A stretch of 47,346 nt of DNA from the NCBI GenBank assembly GCA_031259875.1, contig JAIRKW010000118.1, positions 1 through 47,346 of the forward strand, given 5' to 3'. The notes below the pieces were generated by a model that saw only the letters and a program-made list of their open reading frames with translations, was not told where the DNA came from and ran no database searches. Positions 8,216-17,138 of this stretch are shown piece by piece. Source of the DNA: Campylobacteraceae bacterium (GTDB lineage: Bacteria; Campylobacterota; Campylobacteria; Campylobacterales; Campylobacteraceae). Positions within the stretch are counted from its first letter, which is position 1. Every line of letters begins with the position of its first letter. A program made the position numbers and the translations under genes.

Positions 8216-9396
8216 TGAAAAAATTCTTTTTTGTTTTGTTGCTGCTATTGTGCCATATATCTGCCGATACAAATTCTCAAATAACCAATAATACAAAAAC
8301 GCTTAAAAGCAAAGAACAGCTTGAAAAAAGCCTAAAGCGAGAGCTAAGCGAAATATCAAAAACACTCCAAAAAGAGGAAAATGCACTTAAAAAAACTCAA
8401 AATGAAATTGACAAGTTAAACAATGAGATAATTAAGCAGCAAAAAGATGTGGATGACATCAGAGGCGAAGTCTCAAGTCTTCAAAAAAGTAATCAAGAAC
8501 TTAAAAAAGAGCGTGAAGAGATAGAAAAAAGTATTATTAAGATAATTGCGCAGGATTTTTCATACTTTTTGGTTATAGACAACGGTTACGAAGAAGGAAT
8601 AGAGAGTATTATCACTGATGAGGTTTTAAAACGGCTCAGTACAGCGGCAAATAAGGATTTTGAAGAGTATGCCAAAAAATATGCTAAAACAGATGAAAAG
8701 ATAAAGTTTTCAAATGAGCGGCTTAAAATAATACAAAACAAAATAGACGAGTTGGCGGCAAAAAAGAAAAACCTCGATATTTTAAAAAACAGCAAAACCA
8801 AAACAGTATCCAATATAGCAAAAGAGAAGAGCGAGTACACAGAACGTATCAAAACAACACAAAGAGAAAAAGCAGAACTGCAAAAGACACTGGAAGGATT
8901 AAAGATTTTGGAACGTGACAAAAATGTAACTGCCATTATCGTACCAGAAAATTTTGAGAGTGTCAGAAAACTTGGCTCATCATATCAAGCAAGCAAAGTG
9001 CGTTCATACAAAGGCGCAAAAACTATCGCACCGCTTAGCAATAAATTTACAGTAGAGCAAAAATTCGGCGATTATATAGACCCTATATACAACATAAAGA
9101 TTTTTAACGAATCAGTCGTGCTTCGTTCAGCAACGCCAAACAGCGAAGTAAAAAACGTGCTCGACGGTAAAGTGGTCTTTGCAAAAGAGACTTCAATACT
9201 GAAAAACGTTGTAATTGTTGAAAACTCTAATGGTATTCATACAATTTATGCGCAACTTTCAAAAATAGCACCAACTATTCAGGTCGGCGAAAAGATAAAA
9301 AAGGGTTATGTGATAGGCAGAATAGACAAGGATTTAACATTTGAGGTTACACAAAAAAACTACCACATAAACCCGCTTGAGCTAATAACTTATTAG
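8215..9396 (+). CDS. EnvC-like coiled-coil protein with degenerate LytM (M23) domain
   Basis: TAATG coupling to the ftsX-like gene. Signal-like N-terminus, ~230 aa Lys/Glu-rich coiled coil, and a C-terminal M23-like fold whose metal-ligand positions are substituted. Confidence 0.65.
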   Translation: MKKFFFVLLLLLCHISADTNSQITNNTKTLKSKEQLEKSLKRELSEISKTLQKEENALKKTQNEIDKLNNEIIKQQKDVDDIRGEVSSLQKSNQELKKEREEIEKSIIKIIAQDFSYFLVIDNGYEEGIESIITDEVLKRLSTAANKDFEEYAKKYAKTDEKIKFSNERLKIIQNKIDELAAKKKNLDILKNSKTKTVSNIAKEKSEYTERIKTTQREKAELQKTLEGLKILERDKNVTAIIVPENFESVRKLGSSYQASKVRSYKGAKTIAPLSNKFTVEQKFGDYIDPIYNIKIFNESVVLRSATPNSEVKNVLDGKVVFAKETSILKNVVIVENSNGIHTIYAQLSKIAPTIQVGEKIKKGYVIGRIDKDLTFEVTQKNYHINPLELITY

Positions 9397-9794
9397 ACGA
9401 TTTTTTTTACAAACACCCTATTTGTCTTTGTAGGTTTTACAATAACTCTCTCATTTATCTCAAAAACCTCTTTTTTGTCTTTATCATACTGCCACGTTGT
9501 ACCGCGAAACTCTACCAAACTACCCTCTTTAATGACGCCTTCGCCCTCTTCCAGCAAAAATTCATCTTTTATCTTTTTACCGAGCATTCTTTCGGCAAGC
9601 CGTTTTCTGAAAGCTATCATCAACACAAGTCCGACAATAAACCCTATCGCACTTTGCATTTCCCAATTCTCTGAGCCTATCGCCCATCCAATCGCTCCGC
9701 TTATGATAAGACCAAGTCCATACCACAAAAGATAAAAACTCCCGACTGCAACCTCAAGCCCCAAAATAACAATACCTGCGATTAATACCCACAT
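9393..9794 (-). CDS. NfeD-family membrane protein
   Basis: N-terminal TM helices plus a C-terminal small soluble domain (VEFRGTTWQY...). TAATG one-nt overlap with the upstream SPFH gene, which is the usual SPFH-NfeD pairing. Confidence 0.7.
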   Translation of the reverse strand: MWVLIAGIVILGLEVAVGSFYLLWYGLGLIISGAIGWAIGSENWEMQSAIGFIVGLVLMIAFRKRLAERMLGKKIKDEFLLEEGEGVIKEGSLVEFRGTTWQYDKDKKEVFEINERVIVKPTKTNRVFVKKIV

Positions 9795-10702
9795 TATTTA
9801 TCCGTTTTTTTGAACATATCTTTTAAAATTGTCAAAGAACCTACCAAATCTACCGCTTCATAAGGTACTACTATCTTATCTTTTGATGGATTTTTAGCCA
9901 ACTCATTAAAAGCAGATATCCTATCTTTTGCCAATAGATACTCTGCTGATTTCTCATTTCTGCTCATAGCTTCTGATATCATATTCATAGCTTCTTGTTG
10001 AGCTTTTGCTACTGCTCTCACTTGAAATGCCTCCGCATCTGCTAAACGCTCTATCGCTTCGGCTTTTAAAAATTGTTCTGCCTTGTAAGCTTCGGATTGT
10101 CTGATAACAGCTTCTTTTTCAGCTTGCGCTTTAAGTTCTATTGCTCTTTTTTCACGCTCTGCTTTCATCTGCATACTCATGGCTTCTTGTATCTCTTTGG
10201 GCACTGCTATATCGCTTATCTCTATTCTGGTAACTTTTGTTCCCCAGTTAGAACCTGCATCGTCAAGGATGATAAGAATGCGTGAATTTATCTTTTCACG
10301 GTTACTCAAAATTTCATCAAGTGTCATTGAACCTATCTCGCTTCTTAATGTCGTTAAGGCAAGGTTGGCTACTGCTATTTGATAGTTTGTGACATTATAT
10401 GTAGTCTTATAAGCATCAACTACAGCGATAAAAACTATACCGTCTATTTGTATCGTAACATTATCTCGCGTAATAACCGGCTGACGCGGAATATTGATAA
10501 TATGCTCCTTGGTACTTAAAACCGTCTGCACTCTATCAAAAAACGGTATAATTATATGAAATCCACCGCTAAGACTTCGGCTGAATTTACCAAGCCTCTC
10601 CACCATATGCACCTCTGCTTGAGGCACTATAACCACACCTTTATATATAATCAATACAACAACAATCGCCACAGCGATTAAAAAAACAGATAAACCGCCC
10701 AT
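9794..10702 (-). CDS. SPFH/band-7 (stomatin-like) protein
   Basis: AGGAG SD. N-terminal TM helix, a band-7 core (VPQAEVHMVERLGKF, ITRDNVTIQIDG) and an Ala/Glu-rich C-terminal coiled coil. Confidence 0.85.
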   Translation of the reverse strand: MGGLSVFLIAVAIVVVLIIYKGVVIVPQAEVHMVERLGKFSRSLSGGFHIIIPFFDRVQTVLSTKEHIINIPRQPVITRDNVTIQIDGIVFIAVVDAYKTTYNVTNYQIAVANLALTTLRSEIGSMTLDEILSNREKINSRILIILDDAGSNWGTKVTRIEISDIAVPKEIQEAMSMQMKAEREKRAIELKAQAEKEAVIRQSEAYKAEQFLKAEAIERLADAEAFQVRAVAKAQQEAMNMISEAMSRNEKSAEYLLAKDRISAFNELAKNPSKDKIVVPYEAVDLVGSLTILKDMFKKTDK

Positions 10703-10840
10703 TTTGACTCCTAAATTAGAAAAATTTATTCATTTTAACCAAAATGTTCTTAATTCCACTTATTTACTAATTTATAATAGTGTTAATCTGTTGATTGTAT
10801 ACATATAGCAAAGATAAAAATTGAAAATTTTAAATATTAG

Positions 10841-10867
10841 AACAAAAAGCAGTAATCTTTTACTCGC
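10841..10867 (-). terminator. candidate intrinsic terminator downstream of mrdA
   Basis: The minus strand reads GCGAGTAA-AAGA-TTACTGC (7 bp with one bulged G) followed by TTTTTGTT. It lies about 185 nt after the mrdA stop. Confidence 0.3.
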
Positions 10868-11052
10868 TTCTCACAAAAAATAAAAAACGAATGATTTCAT
10901 TAATATTCAAAAAGAATAAGGAACTTTTGATAAACATCGCTCATCGGTAAAGAAATTCACTAAAATATAAATGCCATCAAACTTCCAAGTGAAACGCTAA
11001 CTCATTTGACTAAAAACAACAGCCGCGGTTTTTACTTTACAAAACCATAACA

Positions 11053-12849
11053 TTATTCCAAAGTCGTAATGTAACCCATATCATAAAGCTTATTATAAAT
11101 ATTTGATGCTATCGTTGTAGCCGGACTTGCTGCACCGGCATGCTCCACTAAAACCGTTACGGCATATTTTGGATTTTTATAGGGACCAAATGATGTAAAC
11201 CAGCCATGTGAACGCTGATAGTACTCTAATTCGCTCTCTTTCATCCTTGTCTTCTCTTCTTGCGGCAGGCTGATAACTTGTGCCGTTCCTGTTTTGCCCG
11301 CAATTTTTACTTTAGATATACGTGTATTGCGATAAGCCGTACCCATAGGATTATTACTCACTTCCATCATCGCTTCCCGTATCAGCGGTAAATACCGCTT
11401 TTCGGTATCGTTAAATACAGTATCGCCCATTTTATATTTGAATTTTTCATCACTGATTTTCTGCAAAAAATGAGGTGTAATATTTTGTCCTGTAGCCAGC
11501 ATTGCCGTATGCCGCGCTATTTGCATAGATGTCGCCAAAAAAAAGCCTTGACCAATAGATGAGATAACCGTTTCACCATGAAACCATGACTCGCCGTAAC
11601 GTTTCATTTTCCACTCTTTACTTGGTACAACACCGATAAACTCATTCGGTAAATCAATGCCCGTTTTCATACCAAATCCAAGCCGCTCAAGTACAGGCGA
11701 AATAGCGTCTATGCCGACTTTCAAAGAGCCTTCATAAAAGTACGTATCACAACTCTCTCTGATGGCTTTTTTCATATTTGTGACACCATGTCCGTCATGT
11801 TTCCAACACCTAAATGTACGCCCGCCAAAATCCATAGAGCCTTTGCAGTCAAAAGTTGTACTGGGCGTTATCTCTTTTGTATTTAAAAATGCCAGTGACA
11901 TACCCATTTTCACAACAGAACCCGGAGGATACAAACCATTGATAAACTTATTTGTAAAAGGGTGATTAAAATCCAAAGAAAGTGTTTTCCAATCTTCGTG
12001 CGAAATGCCGGCTACAAATTTATTAGGATCATACTCCGGAAAACTCACAGCTGCAAGTATAGAGCCGTCGCTTAAATCAATCACTATTGCTGAGCCGGAT
12101 TTATCTGTAAATAAAGATGAAATATAACGCTGTAAATCTATATCTACACTAAGATATATATCTTTACTCACAGGAGCTTTGCGCTCTATAAGCTCTATCT
12201 GTTTATTTAGTGCATTTACTTTACTAAGCTGTATGCCGCTCTCGCCTTTTAGAATATTGTCATAATATTTTTCTATGCCCATTTTGCCGATAGAACCGGT
12301 AAGTTTAGCTATTGGGTCGACATAATCTTCACGATTTGCGCGTCCAACATAACCTACTATATGTGAAGTTATCGCACCATACGGATAGTAGCGCCGCGAT
12401 ATAGGATAGATAGAGAGATTTTTGCGCAGATTTATCTTTGAAAAGCTCGCTATCACTTCATCGTGCAATAAAAAATCCACAACTTGCACAAAATCGTGTT
12501 CATATAAAGAGTCATTTTTAATATAGCGATTTTTTAACTTCTCCTTATTTAGTGATGGAATTTCGCGTACTAAAAAATCCAACTCCTCTTCCAATTTCGC
12601 AATATTTGCTTTTAAACTTAACTGCGGTTTGATACCTATTGCAAAGCCAAGTTGATTGACAGCAAGCGGACGATTTTTTTTATCATAAATAATACCTCTA
12701 AGCGGCGCTAAATGCTCTACTTTTACGGCATTTTTATTTGCCAGTTCTTCATAATACGGATTTAATTTTACGCTAAGATAAAATATCCGCCCAACAAGTA
12801 AAAACCATACAACACCAAAGAAAAAGAGTACTATATATACGCGCTTCAT
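11053..12849 (-). CDS. mrdA: penicillin-binding protein 2 (elongasome transpeptidase)
   Basis: N-terminal TM anchor and transpeptidase motifs SVVK (SxxK), SCD (SxD) and KTGT. Confidence 0.9.
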   Translation of the reverse strand: MKRVYIVLFFFGVVWFLLVGRIFYLSVKLNPYYEELANKNAVKVEHLAPLRGIIYDKKNRPLAVNQLGFAIGIKPQLSLKANIAKLEEELDFLVREIPSLNKEKLKNRYIKNDSLYEHDFVQVVDFLLHDEVIASFSKINLRKNLSIYPISRRYYPYGAITSHIVGYVGRANREDYVDPIAKLTGSIGKMGIEKYYDNILKGESGIQLSKVNALNKQIELIERKAPVSKDIYLSVDIDLQRYISSLFTDKSGSAIVIDLSDGSILAAVSFPEYDPNKFVAGISHEDWKTLSLDFNHPFTNKFINGLYPPGSVVKMGMSLAFLNTKEITPSTTFDCKGSMDFGGRTFRCWKHDGHGVTNMKKAIRESCDTYFYEGSLKVGIDAISPVLERLGFGMKTGIDLPNEFIGVVPSKEWKMKRYGESWFHGETVISSIGQGFFLATSMQIARHTAMLATGQNITPHFLQKISDEKFKYKMGDTVFNDTEKRYLPLIREAMMEVSNNPMGTAYRNTRISKVKIAGKTGTAQVISLPQEEKTRMKESELEYYQRSHGWFTSFGPYKNPKYAVTVLVEHAGAASPATTIASNIYNKLYDMGYITTLE

Positions 12850-13346
12850 TTATACCGCTTTAGTAAAAGTAATACCAAAATAGTATCAATTACAATATAA
12901 AAAAAGTAGACCATTCCAAAGTAGAAAAATTCGCCTCCAAACAGATAGGCCAAAAACGTATTTATCAAAAATAACCCTATATATGCACTTGCTACCGTCA
13001 GTGCAGCAATCCATAACTCATTTTGAAACATTGCTTCAATACGCGGTTTTAAAAAGTTATAAAACAGTGCAAACAAAAATGCAAGCGAAAAGAGATAAAA
13101 ACCCTGATTTAATTCAAAAAAGCATAGATATGCAAATGCCAAATACACTTTAATATTGTCGTTTTTAAAATTTTTTACGAGATAAACGAAAAAAAAGCCG
13201 GCCAATGGCGACAAAAACAGATAAATGCTCGAAAATATCTGATACACTATTAACACTAAGGTTAAAAAAAAGAGTTTCAAATATTGATTATGAGAGCTGT
13301 TTCGTCGCATATTGGAAAATGTTTGCATTTTATACAATCCGCCCAA
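12846..13346 (-). CDS. MreD-like polytopic membrane protein (start uncertain: ATG 13310/13328/13346 or TTG 13280)
   Basis: About 5 hydrophobic segments in ~145-166 aa. The stop overlaps the mrdA start in ATGA. Assignment is by size, topology and position only. Confidence 0.4.
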   Translation of the reverse strand: MGGLYKMQTFSNMRRNSSHNQYLKLFFLTLVLIVYQIFSSIYLFLSPLAGFFFVYLVKNFKNDNIKVYLAFAYLCFFELNQGFYLFSLAFLFALFYNFLKPRIEAMFQNELWIAALTVASAYIGLFLINTFLAYLFGGEFFYFGMVYFFYIVIDTILVLLLLKRYK

Positions 13347-13735
13347 ATTTTACTGATAGGCAAAGATTCTTTTGGTATCTCTTTAAATGATAATTTTTCA
13401 AAAAATTCCTTTTTATACGTAAGTGTAAATACCTGTTTTAAACCCAAAAACCTGCCCTCTTCCAAAAGTTTTTTTACTATCTGCGCGCCTATGCCTTTGC
13501 CTCTTAATCCGCCTTTTACAACTATACTTCTTATCTCTGCTAAGTGCTGTGTGTGTATATGCAGCGCAGACAATCCTATAATTTCATCTTTTTGCACCGC
13601 TAAAGTATACGAACGAATATTTGTAGCTACCTCGTCATCAGCACGCGGCAGTATGATACCTTTTAGCACTTCATCACGCACAAGTTCTTGCATATCATCA
13701 ATATCGTTTAATGTCGCCTTTCTATAAATAATCAT
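13277..13735 (-). CDS. GNAT-family N-acetyltransferase (short N-acetylglutamate-synthase-like)
   Basis: 152 aa with acetyl-CoA motif LRGKGIGAQIV. ATGA overlap with engB. Confidence 0.75.
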   Translation of the reverse strand: MIIYRKATLNDIDDMQELVRDEVLKGIILPRADDEVATNIRSYTLAVQKDEIIGLSALHIHTQHLAEIRSIVVKGGLRGKGIGAQIVKKLLEEGRFLGLKQVFTLTYKKEFFEKLSFKEIPKESLPISKIWADCIKCKHFPICDETALIINI

Positions 13736-14334
13736 ATCTCTTTTCCAAATAACAAATTAAAAATTCTCTCATTCGCCTCGTTAATACCGCGCTTTTTCAG
13801 CACCGACACAAGCAGTGCATTTTTATCTTTTAGTATTGCCGAGCACTCTTTTTGCGTTAGCTTGTCCGCCTTTGTATAGATATTTAAAATTCTCTGGTCA
13901 GCTTTTAAAATAGAATCGATATACTCACCAACACTTTTGTCTATCTCAAGCTCGATATGACGCGCATCTATTAAATGTATAAAAAGTCTTGCAGAGACTC
14001 TTTTTTTAATAAACGTATTCAAAGACTCTTCCCACTGCTTTTTTTTCTCTTTTGATACTTTTGCGTAGCCAAATCCGGGTAAATCCACAAATCGCGCATT
14101 AAATCTTTTTTTCTCTTCATCCTCATATGCAATATCAAAAAAATTGATAAGCTGCGTTTTGCCAGGCGTAGAAGAGCTTTTAGCAAGCTGCTTTTTAGAA
14201 CACAAAGCGTTAATTAATGAGCTTTTTCCTACATTGCTTCGCCCTAAAAACAGTACTTCTGTAACGCCCTCATCCAACGCTTCGGCAATACTCGGCGAGG
14301 ATTTGGCAAATTCTGCTTTGATAATTCTTATCAC
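13732..14334 (-). CDS. engB: ribosome-biogenesis GTPase EngB/YihA
   Basis: G1 GRSNVGKSS, G3 DLPGFG, G4 TKADK. GTG start in a GTGA overlap with lptA. Confidence 0.85.
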   Translation of the reverse strand: MIRIIKAEFAKSSPSIAEALDEGVTEVLFLGRSNVGKSSLINALCSKKQLAKSSSTPGKTQLINFFDIAYEDEEKKRFNARFVDLPGFGYAKVSKEKKKQWEESLNTFIKKRVSARLFIHLIDARHIELEIDKSVGEYIDSILKADQRILNIYTKADKLTQKECSAILKDKNALLVSVLKKRGINEANERIFNLLFGKEI

Positions 14335-14804
14335 TTATTTGCTTCTTTACTTTTTGCATCGTCTATTTGAAAGATAAATTTCACCGGCTCAGTGCCTCCA
14401 TCTACAGCGTAAGTACCATTATTTTGATCAATTGTAATAATATCGCCGTATACTTTTCTGCTTGTATTGAGCTCTTCCAAAAAGGCATTTCCTTTAAGCG
14501 TATATTTGTTTGGCGCCACATCGTATGTAAGAATACTGCCGCTGGCATGATAACGTTTATCATCTATTGTTACATTTGCGCTGACACTGCCCTGTGCCTC
14601 ATACTTTAAAGGTTCCTTGTCTTTATTAAAATCTATTGTCACCGTATCCGCAACAAGTATATCGTCTCCTTTTTTGATAACGACATTATCGCTAAGGCGG
14701 CTTTTTAACGCTTTTTCATCTGCAAAAACTTTCTTTGCAACTATTTGAACTTCTACTGCAAAAGTAAAAGTACTAATCAACAACAATGCAATAGCAACTC
14801 TCAT
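14331..14804 (-). CDS. lptA: LptA/OstA-like periplasmic LPS transport protein
   Basis: Signal peptide and a 157-aa beta-rich sequence. Located after the lptC-like gene and kdsC, with an ATGA overlap. Confidence 0.6.
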   Translation of the reverse strand: MRVAIALLLISTFTFAVEVQIVAKKVFADEKALKSRLSDNVVIKKGDDILVADTVTIDFNKDKEPLKYEAQGSVSANVTIDDKRYHASGSILTYDVAPNKYTLKGNAFLEELNTSRKVYGDIITIDQNNGTYAVDGGTEPVKFIFQIDDAKSKEANK

Positions 14805-15325
14805 CTATCCCTCACTTGAATTAACGCTTTAACATTTTTAGCACTTATCTGTCCGTTTTGCATATCATACACAAAATAATTCCCAAAAGCCTTTACCCCC
14901 TTAGTTTCAAATATAAAAGGGGTTTTACCTATAAGCGTTTTATTATTTTCATAATATTCTACCGCTTCCGCACTCAAAGATGAAAGGTCGGCTCTTTCAT
15001 ATTTAACATTTCCATTTAGATAAAAAACACTGTTTTTAAGTGTACCATTATCGGATTTGAGTCTATCCGTCCCCTCTTTTTTCATTACCAAAACATTGAT
15101 ATCATACAAAATATCCATATCATCAAATCTTTGAGCTTTGCTTGCTGTAGAGTAGACGCTTACACCATCTTGTGCAATCTTATAATCTTTTATATTTAAA
15201 AACTCTATCATCGGCTTATCTTCATTAAGATTTTTCAAATCAAGCGAGTACGAATCCTGCGATACAAGCATAAAGATAATAATAAAAAATATGCACAAAA
15301 AGTAGTAAAGCGTTTTTATAACCAA
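14801..15325 (-). CDS. lptC: LptC-like membrane-anchored periplasmic protein
   Basis: TTG start, one N-terminal TM, ~150-aa periplasmic part. Sits between kdsC and lptA as in kdsC-lptC-lptA loci. Confidence 0.5.
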   Translation of the reverse strand: MVIKTLYYFLCIFFIIIFMLVSQDSYSLDLKNLNEDKPMIEFLNIKDYKIAQDGVSVYSTASKAQRFDDMDILYDINVLVMKKEGTDRLKSDNGTLKNSVFYLNGNVKYERADLSSLSAEAVEYYENNKTLIGKTPFIFETKGVKAFGNYFVYDMQNGQISAKNVKALIQVRDR

Positions 15326-15810
15326 GGCTTTTCAAACTCCCCGCGCAAATTTTCTTTATCAACAATCATCTCTATCATCTCCCTTACCGCACCTTTTCCG
15401 CCGTTACTTTTCAGAACCGTTGCAACATTCTTGCGGATAAAGGGCAGTGCATCTGCGGGCGCAAATGACCAGCCTACGCTCTTTAATTGTTTATAGTCGT
15501 TTGTATCGTCGCCTATAGCAGCTACATTATCAAGCTCCAAATTAAGCTCTTTTAGAAGTTCTTTTAGTACGCCAAGCTTATCTTGTATACCTTGAAAGAC
15601 ATATTTGATATTCAAATCTCTTGCTCTATGTTTTACTATATCAGAACTTTTACCCGTAATAATCGCACATTTTTTGCCTATTTTGTGCCAGCAGACAATA
15701 CCAAAACCATCTCTTACATTAAAAGCCTTAGCTGCTTCGCCGTCATTTGTGTAAAATATAGTCCCCTCGGTTAAACATCCATCAACATCAAGCACTATAA
15801 GCTCTATCAT
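15316..15810 (-). CDS. kdsC: KDO 8-phosphate phosphatase (HAD family)
   Basis: HAD motif I DVDGCLT and motif III GDDTNDY. 164 aa. Confidence 0.8.
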   Translation of the reverse strand: MIELIVLDVDGCLTEGTIFYTNDGEAAKAFNVRDGFGIVCWHKIGKKCAIITGKSSDIVKHRARDLNIKYVFQGIQDKLGVLKELLKELNLELDNVAAIGDDTNDYKQLKSVGWSFAPADALPFIRKNVATVLKSNGGKGAVREMIEMIVDKENLRGEFEKPWL

Positions 15811-16379
15811 AACACACCTTTTGTACTTGGTATCGACACTCTTTTGTTTTCGCCAACAGCTCTTCTTAAGGCTACAGCAAATGCTTTAAATGCCGCTTCT
15901 ATAATATGATGACGATTTTTGCCGCGTATAAATGTCAAATGTACACTAAAAGAAGCATTAGTTACTAAAGCTCTAAAAAATTCTTCCGTAAGCTCCGCAT
16001 CAAATTCCCCTACTTTATTTTCAAGCGGTAAATCACAAAAGAAAAATGAACGACCGCTCAAATCTATAACGCAGCTTACAGCCGCTTCATCCAGCAAAAT
16101 AACCGCTTCGCCAAACCTCTCCATATTTTTAACCGGAAATATCTCTTTATGCAAAGCTTGCCCGATAACAATGCCCACATCTTCTACACTATGGTGAAAA
16201 TCCACATTGATATCGCCTTTGCATGTGAGTTTCAAATCCAAAAACGCATGTTTACTCAAAGCCTCCAGCATATGGTCAAAAAACCCTATTCCTGTACTTA
16301 TTTTGCTATTGCCGCTGCCACTTAACTCCAAACTAAGCTCTATATCCGTCTCTTTTGTTTTGCGTGAAATATTTGTCAT
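15807..16379 (-). CDS. hisB: imidazoleglycerol-phosphate dehydratase
   Basis: Motifs TGIGFFDHMLEAL, HHSVEDVGI and RHHIIEAAFKA. 190 aa. Confidence 0.9.
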   Translation of the reverse strand: MTNISRKTKETDIELSLELSGSGNSKISTGIGFFDHMLEALSKHAFLDLKLTCKGDINVDFHHSVEDVGIVIGQALHKEIFPVKNMERFGEAVILLDEAAVSCVIDLSGRSFFFCDLPLENKVGEFDAELTEEFFRALVTNASFSVHLTFIRGKNRHHIIEAAFKAFAVALRRAVGENKRVSIPSTKGVL

Positions 16380-16388
16380 ACTTTTATC

Positions 16389-17138
16389 CTACTTCTCCCG
16401 TACTATAAATGCACCTTGATATCTGCTCTTTGAGATAAAATCTCTCGCCTCCGCCTCACTGCCGAAACCTCTAAGCCATACGCGGTAAATTCTCTCGCCA
16501 TCAAGATAACCATCTTTGATAAATGCCTCATATCTGCCGCCGGCTCTATTATGTTCGTCTTTATAAGTCCGTGCACCGTTTGGATTTTTAAATGCGCCTA
16601 TCTGTACATCAAAATCATTTATCACGACACTTTTGCTGCCGACATTTCCTCTGCCTTCAAAACCAAGTACTTCAATCACTACAGGCGCTGTTCCGCTTAC
16701 ATCCAAACCTACTTGTTTAGCCGCAGCATAACTCAAATCTATAATGCGGTTGGCAACAAACGGACCTCTGTCATTAATACGCACAATAACGGTTTTATTA
16801 TTACGCTTATTGACAACTTTGACTATCGTATTCATCGGAAATGTTTTATGTGCGGCAGTTATACCATACATATCATATGTCTCTCCGTTTGAAGTTTTTT
16901 TTCCATGAAAATCCTTGCCGTACCAACTTGCTATACCACTCATTGTATCCCCAACATTCACTTGAGTAGGATAATAAGTCTTTTCTGCTATTGTATACGG
17001 TCTCATCACTGCTTTATGCATTTGAGGCGAGTCTTTTATGCCGCCGGCAGCATCTATACTGCTTTTAAAAGTGCATCCGTTTAAAAATAACAATGTAAAA
17101 ATCGCAATGCTTGCGTTAATTACCCATTGGTATTTCAA
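16389..17138 (-). CDS. rlpA: septal lytic transglycosylase RlpA (DPBB plus SPOR domain lipoprotein)
   Basis: Lipobox LFLNGC. DPBB motifs ASWYGKDFHGKKTSNGETYD and VRINDRGPF. SPOR-like C-terminus. Confidence 0.8.
   Translation of the reverse strand: MKYQWVINASIAIFTLLFLNGCTFKSSIDAAGGIKDSPQMHKAVMRPYTIAEKTYYPTQVNVGDTMSGIASWYGKDFHGKKTSNGETYDMYGITAAHKTFPMNTIVKVVNKRNNKTVIVRINDRGPFVANRIIDLSYAAAKQVGLDVSGTAPVVIEVLGFEGRGNVGSKSVVINDFDVQIGAFKNPNGARTYKDEHNRAGGRYEAFIKDGYLDGERIYRVWLRGFGSEAEARDFISKSRYQGAFIVREK

Noticed and set aside
9393-10702. SPFH-NfeD pair as a candidate novel or defence module
   Set aside because: This two-gene pairing is a widespread housekeeping membrane-microdomain module. There are no extra effector genes and it has a core-genome context.
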